A stretch of 20,000 nt of DNA, taken from Myxococcota bacterium. GTDB taxonomy: Bacteria > Myxococcota > Myxococcia > Myxococcales > Myxococcaceae. A model generated the notes under the pieces. The model made no database searches. It saw only the letters and a list, made by a program, of their open reading frames with translations, and was not told where the DNA came from. Positions 1 through 9,005 of the stretch are shown piece after piece. How positions within the stretch are numbered: position 1 is the stretch's first letter; the number at the start of each line of letters is the position of its first letter. Position numbers and translations under genes: made by a program. The stretch lies in the NCBI GenBank assembly GCA_049322255.1, contig JBMORE010000157.1, positions 46,539-66,538 on the forward strand, in the 5' to 3' direction.

Positions 1-1
1 A

Positions 2-1474
2 TACCTGCCGCTGCTCGGCGTGTTCGACCGGCTGGCGGACGAGGGCGTGCCCTTCGCCCTGACGATGACCCTCTCGCCCACGCTGGTGTCGATGCTGCGC
101 GACGAGCTCTTGATGTCCCGCTACGCGCGCCGGCTCGACAAGCTGTGCGAGCTTTCCGAGAGGGAAGCTCACCGCACCCGGAACGACCCGGCGTTCGCCC
201 AGGTGGCGCGCTTCTACCGCGACCACTTCACCGGCTTGCGCCACGCCTTCCATGAGCGGTATCGGCGCGACCTGGTGGGTGGGTTCCGGAGGCTGCAGGA
301 CGCCGGCCACCTCGAGATCATCACCTGCTGCGCCACCCACGGCTTTTTGCCCCTGATGCAAAACCAACCGGCGGCGGCGCGCGCACAGATCTCGGTCGCT
401 GCGCAGCACTACCGGCAGGTGTTCGGCAAGAATCCCAACGGCATCTGGCTCGCCGAGTGCGGCTACTACCCCGGGGTGGAAGAGCTGCTCGCGCGCGAGG
501 ACATTCGCTTCTTCTTCGTCGACACGCATGGCATCACCGACGCCACCCCACGGCCGGTGTACGGAGTGTACGCGCCGGTGTTCACCGAGGCCGGAGTGGC
601 GGCGTTTGGCCGCGACATCGAGTCGAGCCAGCAGGTGTGGAGCGCCGAATTCGGTTACCCGGGAGACGCGGTGTACCGGGAGTTCTATCGGGACGTGGGC
701 TGGGATTTGGACCTCGAATACGTGCGCCCTTACGTCCAGGCCACCGGGGAGCGGAAGAACACCGGGCTCAAGTACTTCCGCATCACCGGGAAGACCCCCC
801 ACAAAGAGCCGTACGATCCCGGCGCCGCGCGCGAGCGGGCGGCGATCCACGCTGGCAACTTCCTCTTCAACCGCGAGCGACAGATCGAGCACCTCGCCGC
901 GCAGATGAACGGCCAGCCGCCCATCGTGGTCGCTCCCTACGACGCCGAGCTGTACGGCCACTGGTGGTTCGAGGGGCCGTGGTTTCTCGACTTTCTCATT
1001 CGCAAGGTGGCGTTCGACCAGAAGGTCTTTCAACTGGCCACACCGGCGCAGTACCTGCGTGAGCACCCCGAACAACAAGTGTGCACGCCGGCCATGTCCA
1101 GCTGGGGCGAGAAGGGCTACGCCCACATGTGGCTCGACGGCTCGAACGACTGGGTTTACCGTCACCTCCACAAGTGCGCCGAGAAGATGACGGCGCTGGC
1201 CCGCGACTACCCCGAACCGAGCGCGTCGACCCGGCGTGCCCTCGACCAGGCGGCGCGGGAGCTGCTCTTGGCTCAGGCCTCGGACTGGGCGTTCATCATG
1301 AAGACGGGCACCATGGTCGACTACGCCGTCCGCCGTACCAAGGAACACGTGCTGCGCTTCCTCAAGCTCGAAGCGCAGATTCGCGCCGGACGCATCGACG
1401 AGCGCTGGCTGTCGTACGTGGAAGGGAAGAACAACCTCTTTCCCGAGATCGACCATCGCGTCTACCGGTCCTGA
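2..1474 (+). CDS. GH57 family 1,4-alpha-glucan branching enzyme (DUF1957-containing), 5'-truncated by the window edge
   Basis: The frame is open from base 2 (YLPLLGVF, matching the family's ETYLPLL segment). GH57 motifs: CATHGFLP, WLAECGY (catalytic Glu), PYDAELYGHWWFEG (catalytic Asp), ARELLLAQASDWAFI. Stop TGA at 1472-1474. Confidence 0.93.
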   Translation, partial: YLPLLGVFDRLADEGVPFALTMTLSPTLVSMLRDELLMSRYARRLDKLCELSEREAHRTRNDPAFAQVARFYRDHFTGLRHAFHERYRRDLVGGFRRLQDAGHLEIITCCATHGFLPLMQNQPAAARAQISVAAQHYRQVFGKNPNGIWLAECGYYPGVEELLAREDIRFFFVDTHGITDATPRPVYGVYAPVFTEAGVAAFGRDIESSQQVWSAEFGYPGDAVYREFYRDVGWDLDLEYVRPYVQATGERKNTGLKYFRITGKTPHKEPYDPGAARERAAIHAGNFLFNRERQIEHLAAQMNGQPPIVVAPYDAELYGHWWFEGPWFLDFLIRKVAFDQKVFQLATPAQYLREHPEQQVCTPAMSSWGEKGYAHMWLDGSNDWVYRHLHKCAEKMTALARDYPEPSASTRRALDQAARELLLAQASDWAFIMKTGTMVDYAVRRTKEHVLRFLKLEAQIRAGRIDERWLSYVEGKNNLFPEIDHRVYRS

Positions 1475-1478
1475 CCAC

Positions 1479-3494
1479 GTGCGCACCCAGAAGCTCAACA
1501 AGAAGAAGGCGGCGGCGATGCTCGAGGAGGCGAAGCTGCACCTCGCCGCTGGCGATGCGACGCGCGCCGAAGAGCTTCTCCAAGAGGTGGCATTTGCCTC
1601 CGAGGTGTCGGCGCCGGTCTTCTTCGCGGTGCTCGCCGACGCACAGGCCCGCCAAGACAAGTACGCCGACGCGGTGGTCTCGCTCGAAGAGGGCTTGCGC
1701 CGCTTCCCCCACGAGCCGGACCTCGAGGCGCGGTTGGGCAACGCCCTCGTCCTCACCGACCGGGTGGAAGAGGGTTTGCGCCACTTCGAGCGCGCCAAGG
1801 CACGTCTGGGCCGCCAGGCAGAGTTCCTCGTTCAATACGCCCTCGCTCTCGTTCGCGCCGGGCGTCTCGACGAGGCTGAAAATGCGCTCTCGGCCGCCGC
1901 CGCCGCCGGGGGAGGGCCGCAGGCGCGGCTGATGACCGCACTGGTGTGGGGCCGCCGGGGTCGCTACGCCGAGGCGGAAAAGTTGGCGCGCTCGGTGGAG
2001 GAGGCTTCCGCCACCAAAAACCCCGAGCTTTCTTCCGCCGCCGCCGCGATGCGCGCCGACGCCAAGCTCTTTCAGGGAGACGCCGCCGGAGCGCTCGCCC
2101 TGTGGAAGGACCTGCGCCGAAGAGGCGTGCTGGAGGACGATCAGCTCGGTCACATGGCTTACGCCGCGCAGCTCGCCGGTGAACCCGAGCTTTGCGACGA
2201 GCTGGTTTCCCTGCGCACCGAGCGCGGTCCTTTGGCGGAGGACCTCTTGCTCTTCGCGCAGATTTCCAACCTGCGCGGCAGGCCCCAGGAAGCGCTCACC
2301 CACCTGGCGGCGTCGGAGCGGGCAGGTGGCGAGCGTCACCCCGGTCACGCCTTCGAGATGCTGGCCACCCGCGGGCGTGCGCTGAGGCTGTTGGGCGAGC
2401 GCGAAAAGGCGCGCGCGGCGCTCGATGTGGCGGCGGCGATGCCGGAAGCGGCGAGCGGGCGGTTGGGCCCCAAGGTGCGGGTCGACCTCGGCCACCTGGC
2501 TGCCGAAGAAGGCGATTTTGAACGCGCGTCCGCGCACTTTTTGGCGGCCCAGGCGATGGACCCCAGCGATCCCGAAGCCAAGCACGCGCTGTCTTTGACC
2601 GAGCGGCGAGTGGCGTGGCGAACCGAGCTGGAGGCCTCTGCCCAGGCCCGGATCGAAGCCGCGCAGGCCGAGGCCGAGGCGCTGCGCCGGAGGTTCCTCT
2701 CTCGTGAAGGTGAGCTGGAGGGCCTGCGCCGTGAGCTTGAGCGCATGAAGGCGGCCCAGCGCGACACCGAAGAGAAGGCCCACCGTGTCGTCACCTCGGC
2801 GGTGGCCGAGCAAGAGAAGAAAGTGCGCGAGGAGCTGTGGGCCCGCGAGCAGGAGATCGAGGAGAAGGCCGTCGCCAACGTCGAGCGCGCCCTGGGGCCG
2901 CACCCAGAAGCGTGCCCAGCGCCGCTCAAGAATCTGCTCCTGGTCGCCGAGCGCACCTTTCAGAAGGCGCTGTATACCGAGCTGCCGGCGGCGGCGGTGG
3001 CGGTGCTCTTCTCGGGTGCCCTGGAGCGGGCGCTCTTCGTGCTCTTCGTCGAGCGCTTCGAGGCGTGGCTCGACGAGCAGGGCGCGCGCGCGGCGTTTCT
3101 GCAGGCAGCGGTGCGCGAGCGGCGCGGCAAGCGCGTGGAGTACTTCGACCATTTCGTCGAGGCCTTCGACCGAGAGCGGGCAGGCAAGGCTCCCTCGCTG
3201 GGCGAAGTGGGGCGTGCGCTGGAGCGGCGGCGCGAGCCTTACCTGCGCCCCTTTGTCGAGTTTCTCAAGGCGCGTTACGCGGTGAGCGATGACTTCTACG
3301 ACCAGCTCGCCCAATTCGTCTCCTGGAGCAAGGAGAAGCTGCGCGATCCGGTGGCACACGGCCGCGGCATCGATTTGGGCTACGAGGAGCTCAAGCGCTT
3401 CCGCGAGCAGCTGCTCTTCCATTTCGGCGCGGCCGAGCACGGCCTGCTCGCCTTGCTTCTCTCCCCCTCTCCCGCTGGGAGAGGGCGGGGGTGA
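1479..3494 (+). CDS. Tetratricopeptide-repeat protein with central coiled coil and C-terminal HEPN-like domain
   Basis: 671-aa ORF starting 4 nt after the GH57 stop. Ala/Leu-rich TPR-like helical pairs over roughly the first 370 aa, then an E/R/A-rich coiled coil, then a helical domain with ALERAL and LRDPVAHG (R-x4-H). Confidence 0.8.
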   Translation: MRTQKLNKKKAAAMLEEAKLHLAAGDATRAEELLQEVAFASEVSAPVFFAVLADAQARQDKYADAVVSLEEGLRRFPHEPDLEARLGNALVLTDRVEEGLRHFERAKARLGRQAEFLVQYALALVRAGRLDEAENALSAAAAAGGGPQARLMTALVWGRRGRYAEAEKLARSVEEASATKNPELSSAAAAMRADAKLFQGDAAGALALWKDLRRRGVLEDDQLGHMAYAAQLAGEPELCDELVSLRTERGPLAEDLLLFAQISNLRGRPQEALTHLAASERAGGERHPGHAFEMLATRGRALRLLGEREKARAALDVAAAMPEAASGRLGPKVRVDLGHLAAEEGDFERASAHFLAAQAMDPSDPEAKHALSLTERRVAWRTELEASAQARIEAAQAEAEALRRRFLSREGELEGLRRELERMKAAQRDTEEKAHRVVTSAVAEQEKKVREELWAREQEIEEKAVANVERALGPHPEACPAPLKNLLLVAERTFQKALYTELPAAAVAVLFSGALERALFVLFVERFEAWLDEQGARAAFLQAAVRERRGKRVEYFDHFVEAFDRERAGKAPSLGEVGRALERRREPYLRPFVEFLKARYAVSDDFYDQLAQFVSWSKEKLRDPVAHGRGIDLGYEELKRFREQLLFHFGAAEHGLLALLLSPSPAGRGRG

Positions 3495-3504
3495 GGGGCG
3501 TCAC
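3465..3504 (+). repeat. BoxC-like palindromic repeat, copy 1
   Basis: Hairpin CCCTCTCCC-GCT-GGGAGAGGG followed by the tail CGGGGGTGAGGGGCGTCAC. Positions 3477-3504 match the reverse complement of 9002-9029 at 25/28. Confidence 0.75.
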
Positions 3505-4054
3505 CAAGCCCCAAGCGCTCGCGCTTCTCGCTCCTGGCTTCGGCGGAAGCCCAAAGCAAACGATTCTCCTCGCAGTCAAAGAGGCTCTTGCCAAGCGCCG
3601 AATCGAATCCACCGCGCTGTCTTTCCCGTCCGGAGGGCTGAGCGAAGGATTCGCGCGAGAAATCGCGCAGCTTCGGCGAGCGCGCGAAAAGCTTCGCCGA
3701 CGTCGGCGAGTCCCGATCGCGCTGATCGGCCGTTCGTTCGGGGGTCGCATCTGTGCGTTCCTTTCGCGGCAGGAACCTCCCGATGCCTTGGTGGTACTTG
3801 GCTGGCCCATTCGTCCGAAGGGGAAGCGGCGAGAGATGGACGAGGAGGCGCTCCTCGCGCTGACCTGCCCGACGCTCATCGTGCAGGGCGAGCGTGACGA
3901 GCTGGGGCCGCTGTGTGTCCTCGAGCCGCTGGTGAAGCGAAACCGGAACGTCGAGCTCCACCTGCTCCCAGGCGCCGGCCACGCCTTCGGCCGTCATGGC
4001 GAGCGCGAGGCAGCGGAACAGGTCGCCCGCTGGCTTGCGGCGCGGCTGGGCTGA
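3491..4054 (+). CDS. Small alpha/beta hydrolase (KANL3/Tex30-like, dienelactone hydrolase-like fold)
   Basis: Nucleophile elbow IGRSFGGR, acid residue in LIVQGERD, His in GAGHAF. The GTG start overlaps the upstream stop (GTGA); the exact start is uncertain. Confidence 0.85.
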   Translation: MRGVTKPQALALLAPGFGGSPKQTILLAVKEALAKRRIESTALSFPSGGLSEGFAREIAQLRRAREKLRRRRRVPIALIGRSFGGRICAFLSRQEPPDALVVLGWPIRPKGKRREMDEEALLALTCPTLIVQGERDELGPLCVLEPLVKRNRNVELHLLPGAGHAFGRHGEREAAEQVARWLAARLG

Positions 4055-4137
4055 GAGCCGCACGACAGGCGTCATCGCCCTCGCTCGAGCTTGGACGGGA
4101 AGGGGAACCGCGCGGAGGACGGGGTGCCGGAGCCGAC

Positions 4138-4956
4138 ATGACCGCCTACCTTCTGGGGCTCATGATTGCCGCAGCGCCCCCGCCAGAGCGCCAAAAGGCT
4201 TTGCGCGACGAGAAGCTCGGGCAGACGGTCGATTTCTACCGGCGATCTTTCCCGGTTCGCCCAGGCAAGGAGTGGACGACCATCTATTTGCAGCGCATCG
4301 GCGATTTCTCACCGGCGAAGCAGAAGGTGCTCGAGGCCACCGCCGACTACGTCGCACGGTTCTTCGGGCTGCCGGTGAAGCTCGCGCCCGCGCTCTCCTC
4401 ATCGGAGATTCCGGCGAGCGCCCGTCGCCTCCACCCCGACTGGGGAGTGCCGCAGATTCTGACCACCTACGTGATGAACGAGGTGCTCAAACCGCGCCGG
4501 CCCAAGGACGCGGTGGCGTACATCGGGTTCACCGCGGAAGACTTATGGCCGGGCGAGGGCTGGAACTTCGTCTTCGGCCAGGCCTCGCTCTACGACCGCG
4601 TTGGAGTGTGGAGCTTGAACCGGTTCGGCGATCCGTCGAGGTCGAAGGCAGAGTTCCGCCTCGTCCTCCTCCGCGCGCTGAAGACGGCGGTGCACGAGCT
4701 TTCGCACATGCTGGGCCTCCACCACTGCGTTGCGTTCGAGTGCGTCATGAACGGCACCAACCACATGCAGGAATCTGACTCGCGGCCGCTCGAGTTGTGC
4801 CCGCTGTGCTTGCAAAAGGTGGCGTGGAATACCGGCGTGGATTCGATGACGCGTTTCCAGAAGTTGCTCGAGCTCGATGAAAAGCACGGGCTCAAGGCCG
4901 AGGCGGCCTATGTGAGGAAGGCGCTCAGGATTTTGCGCAGCGCGAGTCATCCTTAG
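4138..4956 (+). CDS. Archaemetzincin family Zn-dependent metalloprotease (peptidase M54), possibly secreted
   Basis: Metzincin motif HELSHMLGLHHC followed by CVMNG (Met-turn) and LCPLC (Cys4 Zn site); NFVFGQA family motif. ATG at 4138 is preceded by GGAG and followed by a short hydrophobic N-terminus. Confidence 0.9.
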   Translation: MTAYLLGLMIAAAPPPERQKALRDEKLGQTVDFYRRSFPVRPGKEWTTIYLQRIGDFSPAKQKVLEATADYVARFFGLPVKLAPALSSSEIPASARRLHPDWGVPQILTTYVMNEVLKPRRPKDAVAYIGFTAEDLWPGEGWNFVFGQASLYDRVGVWSLNRFGDPSRSKAEFRLVLLRALKTAVHELSHMLGLHHCVAFECVMNGTNHMQESDSRPLELCPLCLQKVAWNTGVDSMTRFQKLLELDEKHGLKAEAAYVRKALRILRSASHP

Positions 4957-7448
4957 GGCGCCACCCCGCGCAGCACCCCGCCACCTTCGCCGCCGAGCCA
5001 GATCTCGGTCGCCGATCCCCCGGCCATCGACGTCAACCGGCGCTGCGAGCCCGAGTCGATGAGCTTCCAGTCGGCGCCGTCGAAGCGTACCGCGTAGGCG
5101 AAGGCGAGGGGCGTCACGGTGTAGCCCACCGCATAGAGGTTATCGACCGAGCTGCCCCACATGGCGGAGAACACATCGGGGAGGATGCCGCCGGGTGCGT
5201 CGATCACCGACAGCTCGGCGGTGTTCCAGTACACCCCGTAGCGCGCGTCGCCGAAGGCGAAGGCCTCGCTCTGGCCGGGAGTCCACACCGCGCGCCAAGC
5301 GCCGTGGTTGACGTTGGGCGAGTCCCGGGGAGCAAACGCGTTGCCGGAAAGCTCGAAGAGCCCGCGGTCGCCGGCGATGAACACCTCGCTCGGGCTTGCG
5401 CAGTGAACGGCATGGAGGTCTTCGATTGTCGGAGGAGGCAGCGCTTGCAGGCCGGCGGCGTTCCCGCGGAAGACGAAACCGCCCGCGGAGACGGCGAAGA
5501 CGGAGCTGCCGCAATACTGAATGTCGTTGATTTGCCCTGCCGCGCCGCCCGAGAGGGTGACCGGCGCCCAGCTGCTGCCGTCAAACCGGAGGATTTGTCC
5601 CACTCCGCCGGCGAGCACCTCGGTGGACGAGCCGACCGCCACCGAGCTCACCTCCCCGACGAAAGGGCTCGTCCCCAGCTCGCTCCAGCTCGACGCGCCG
5701 GTGCGCACCATCACTTTGCCGACGCGGGAAGTGCACGCTGCATTGGCGCACTCGTTGACGGCGGCCACCACCGTCGACCCTGCCACTGCGACGTCGGCGA
5801 CGTTCCCGTAAAAGCCGCGCGACACCTCGGTGAACGCTCCGGCGGCGTACTCCCACACCGCGCCGAAATCCCCCACCGCGTAGCCCTGCGCCCCTTGCCC
5901 GAAGAGGCCGCGAACAATCTGCGGCCCGCGCAGGGCCTGCGAAGTCCACGTGCCGCCGACCGGCTCGTAGGTCAAAAGATGCCCGGCCCTCCCGGCGCGC
6001 CCAGCGAGCACCACCTTCCCGTCCAGCAGGGCGAGCGCGGTGAGCTCGTCGAGCGCCGGGGTCGCCGGGAGGTTGATCGCCGTCCACGCACCCGCGGCGA
6101 AGTGCCACAGCTTGTCACCGCCCGCGGCCCAGGCTTCGCTGCCCGCCGCGTTGGCCAGCGTGCCCGCGGTGAGCAGCACCGACAGCTGCGTCTGGAAGAG
6201 CGAGTTCCAGGTCGTCGTCGCGGGGTCGTAGGCATAGAGGGAGCCGCGGTTGCCCAAGGTGGTGAAGCCGCCTGCCCCGTTGCCCAACACCGAGAGGAGA
6301 ATCTCGAACGAGGGGCTGTACTCGCGCACCCACGTGCCGTTGCGGCGCACGAGGACGTCGTTGCCCTGGCCCACCGCCATCCCGTGCGTGCCGTCGAACC
6401 ACATGGCGCGTGGCTGCACCGAGTCGAAGGTGGTCACCACCGGTTGGCTGTTCTTCACCTCGACCAGCACGCCGCGGTTGGCGCTCGTGCCCACCGCCAC
6501 CGCGTCGGACAGCGAGGTGCCACCCACCGCGCGCAAGGTGACGCCGGGGTTGGAGAAGTGCCGAGTCCACACGTCGCCAGCGGCTCGTGAGAGCACGGTG
6601 GCGTTGGCTCCCACGAAAAAGGCGCTCGTTCCCACCAGCGCGCCGCCCCACAGGTCGTTGCCCGTGGGGAAGGGGTTGTCGTGCACGAAGGTCTGCGGCC
6701 CCACCGCGCTGCCCTGCACGCGAACCACCGCGGTGGCAAAGAGGCTGCCTGCCCGTGCGGTCACCGTGCCGGTGCCTGGCCCGGTGGCGGTGAGAAGCCC
6801 GTTCCCGTCGATGGTCGCCACCCGCGGCGGAAGAACGCTCCAGGTGATGGGCAGGGCGAGCGGGTTGCCGGCGGGGTCGGTCACCGTGGCGCCAAATTGC
6901 TGAGTGTCTCCCACGCGGAGGAAAGCTTCGGGTGGGGAGAGCTCGATCTTCGACACCGCTGGTTGCGCCGGGCTGGTGACCCAGAACAGGCCCAGCCGCT
7001 CGCTTTTCGCCTCGACGAGGGTGACGGGTTGCCCGAGCAGCTCGGTGACGGTGCGGGCGCCCGGCAGCTGGAGGTAAGCGTCGTCGCCCGCCTGCCTGCG
7101 CATGTCGAAGGTACCCACGTCGACACCCGCCGGAACGCGCTCGGTCAAGTAGGGAAGGGTGATTTTCACCGGCTCGTTGAAGGTGAGGCTGCTGGGGGAG
7201 AAGCGGTAGCCGAAGCTCACCCGCTTGCGCCCGGGCACCTCGGGAACGCCGCTGTCGATGACGGTGACGGTGATCTGCGCCTTGGCGGCAAGCGCGTTCT
7301 TGGGAATCTCGATGGCCGCGCCCTCGCGGATGAAGATGCCGCCCTCGGGGCCAGCGAAGATGACACCGCCGCCATCGTCGCCGGTGTCGATGGAGGGTGG
7401 GCAGCCGGCGAGGGCCGCGGCGAGCGGAACCCAGTAAAGCCGTGACAT
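4953..7448 (-). CDS. Large lipoprotein: ZU5-like domain, Ig-like (Big_2) domain, beta-propeller repeats
   Basis: Signal peptide with lipobox LAGC. ZU5-like segment (GPEGG...IEIPKNAL...FSPSSLTFNEPVKITLPY). Big_2-like segment (LRVGDTQQFGATVTD...TWSV...VATIDGNGLLTATGPGT). Multiple ~40-aa propeller-blade repeats of the form (L/V)WG...(V/L)(W/Y)AVG..G...(F/Y)DG..W. Confidence 0.8.
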   Translation of the reverse strand: MSRLYWVPLAAALAGCPPSIDTGDDGGGVIFAGPEGGIFIREGAAIEIPKNALAAKAQITVTVIDSGVPEVPGRKRVSFGYRFSPSSLTFNEPVKITLPYLTERVPAGVDVGTFDMRRQAGDDAYLQLPGARTVTELLGQPVTLVEAKSERLGLFWVTSPAQPAVSKIELSPPEAFLRVGDTQQFGATVTDPAGNPLALPITWSVLPPRVATIDGNGLLTATGPGTGTVTARAGSLFATAVVRVQGSAVGPQTFVHDNPFPTGNDLWGGALVGTSAFFVGANATVLSRAAGDVWTRHFSNPGVTLRAVGGTSLSDAVAVGTSANRGVLVEVKNSQPVVTTFDSVQPRAMWFDGTHGMAVGQGNDVLVRRNGTWVREYSPSFEILLSVLGNGAGGFTTLGNRGSLYAYDPATTTWNSLFQTQLSVLLTAGTLANAAGSEAWAAGGDKLWHFAAGAWTAINLPATPALDELTALALLDGKVVLAGRAGRAGHLLTYEPVGGTWTSQALRGPQIVRGLFGQGAQGYAVGDFGAVWEYAAGAFTEVSRGFYGNVADVAVAGSTVVAAVNECANAACTSRVGKVMVRTGASSWSELGTSPFVGEVSSVAVGSSTEVLAGGVGQILRFDGSSWAPVTLSGGAAGQINDIQYCGSSVFAVSAGGFVFRGNAAGLQALPPPTIEDLHAVHCASPSEVFIAGDRGLFELSGNAFAPRDSPNVNHGAWRAVWTPGQSEAFAFGDARYGVYWNTAELSVIDAPGGILPDVFSAMWGSSVDNLYAVGYTVTPLAFAYAVRFDGADWKLIDSGSQRRLTSMAGGSATEIWLGGEGGGVLRGVAP

Positions 7449-7586
7449 GGGTGAACCTCGGTGGTCTTCCTTCGGCCCGGGTGTACCAAATCTACGGGAA
7501 GAGACCTTCTACTCCAATGTTGAAGACCGGCGAAGCGAAGTTGGGTGCTTGCCCGTGGACGTTCGCTGGTTAGTAAAGGAACCGCC

Positions 7587-9005
7587 ATGAACATTTCATC
7601 TTCGAGTGCCAAGGTTTTTGCGTTGGTTCTTGGTCTGTGCATCGCCACAGCGGTGCAGGCGCAAAAGGTCGACCCGGCCGCCGCGCTTCCCTCGTTGGCG
7701 CCGCTCATCGAGTCGGCCAAGCGCGCGGTGGTGAACGTCGATGTCCAGGTGTCACACCCCCGGTTGGCCTCCATGGGCTCGGGGGAGCACGACAACGATC
7801 TGTTCGAGCACTTCTTCCGCCAGGGTCGCGGCCGCCGCATGCCGCCGGTCATGCCCAGCGCGGGCTCGGGCTTCATCATCGACCCACGGGGCCTGGTCTT
7901 GACCAACAACCACGTGGTGGAGCACGCGGTGGCCATTCGGGTGCACCTCGACGACGGGCGCGCTTACGACGCCGACGTCCTGGGGCGCGACCCGCTCACC
8001 GACGTGGCGCTCATCAAGCTTCGGGGCAAGGTGGAGAACCTGCCGGTGGCTCGGCTGGGGGATTCCAATGCGCTGCGGGTGGGCGACTGGGTGGTGGCGA
8101 TCGGCAACCCCTTTCGCCTGGCGTCGAGTGTGAGCTTGGGCATCGTCTCGGCGCGAGAGCGCAACATCCGCGCCGGACCCTACGACGAGTTCATTCAAAC
8201 CGACGCGGCGATCAACCCGGGCAACTCAGGCGGCCCGCTGTTCAACCTCCAAGGAGAGGTGGTGGGCATCAACACCGCGATCATCGGAGGCGGCGCGGGC
8301 GGCATCGGCTTCGCGGTGCCCATCCACGTCGCCAAGGCGCTCTTGCCCCAGCTGGAGAAGGACGGCAGCGTCACCCGCGGCTGGCTGGGGGTCGGCATTC
8401 AAGACCTGAGCGGAGATTTGGCCAAGGCGTTGGGGGTGCCCGGCGGCGAGGGAGCCGTGGTCACCTCGGTCAACGACGGCTCGCCGGCGAAGAAGGGCGG
8501 CCTGCGCGAGGACGACGTGATTCTTGCTGTGGACGGCGAGAAGGTGAGCTCGGGCGGAGCGCTCTCACGCACGGTCGCGCTCAAGCGTCCGGAGAGTACG
8601 GTTTCTCTCTCGGTGCTTCGCGGTGGAAAGCCGATGGAGCTCAAGGTCAAGCTCGGCACCCGGCCCGATCTGGAAAACGTGGGGATGCGTGGGCGAGCTC
8701 CGGCCGCCGAGGAGCGTCAGCAGCGGGTGGGCCTGCTCTTTTCCGATGTCGATCCGCGGCTGGCACGCAGCGACGGGCTGCCGCCGAGTGGAGCGCTGAT
8801 CACCGAGGTGGTGCCCGGGTCGCCCGCCGAGCGCGCCGACCTCATGCCGGGAATGGTGGTGATTGAAGCCGATCGCAAGCCGGTGAAGAGCGCCGCCGAC
8901 TTGGCCCGCATCGTCAAGGCGAGTCGCCCGGGCGATGTCGTGCTCTTGCGTGTGGTGGGGCCGCAGGGCACCGCCCGGTCGCTGCGCGCGCTTCGGGTGC
9001 CGTGA
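7587..9005 (+). CDS. DegP/HtrA (Do family) periplasmic serine protease with two PDZ domains
   Basis: AAGGA RBS at 7576-7580, ATG 7587, Sec signal peptide ending AVQA. Motifs GSGFII, TNNHVV (His), DPLTDVAL (Asp), QTDAAINPGNSGG (Ser); two PDZ domains. Confidence 0.95.
   Translation: MNISSSSAKVFALVLGLCIATAVQAQKVDPAAALPSLAPLIESAKRAVVNVDVQVSHPRLASMGSGEHDNDLFEHFFRQGRGRRMPPVMPSAGSGFIIDPRGLVLTNNHVVEHAVAIRVHLDDGRAYDADVLGRDPLTDVALIKLRGKVENLPVARLGDSNALRVGDWVVAIGNPFRLASSVSLGIVSARERNIRAGPYDEFIQTDAAINPGNSGGPLFNLQGEVVGINTAIIGGGAGGIGFAVPIHVAKALLPQLEKDGSVTRGWLGVGIQDLSGDLAKALGVPGGEGAVVTSVNDGSPAKKGGLREDDVILAVDGEKVSSGGALSRTVALKRPESTVSLSVLRGGKPMELKVKLGTRPDLENVGMRGRAPAAEERQQRVGLLFSDVDPRLARSDGLPPSGALITEVVPGSPAERADLMPGMVVIEADRKPVKSAADLARIVKASRPGDVVLLRVVGPQGTARSLRALRVP

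Noticed and set aside
1362..3440. 692-aa minus-strand ORF
   Set aside because: Antisense shadow of the TPR gene, expected from high-GC codon bias; no recognisable motifs.
3913..4137. Upstream extension of the M54 protease ORF
   Set aside because: It overlaps the hydrolase and is R/P/G-rich. ATG 4138 has an RBS-like GGAG and a signal-like N-terminus.
7449..7586. Short GGTCTTC/GAAGACC inverted repeat and a possible ECF-sigma promoter upstream of degP
   Set aside because: Only 7 bp with a long spacer, and no convincing paired -35/-10; not distinguishable from chance.
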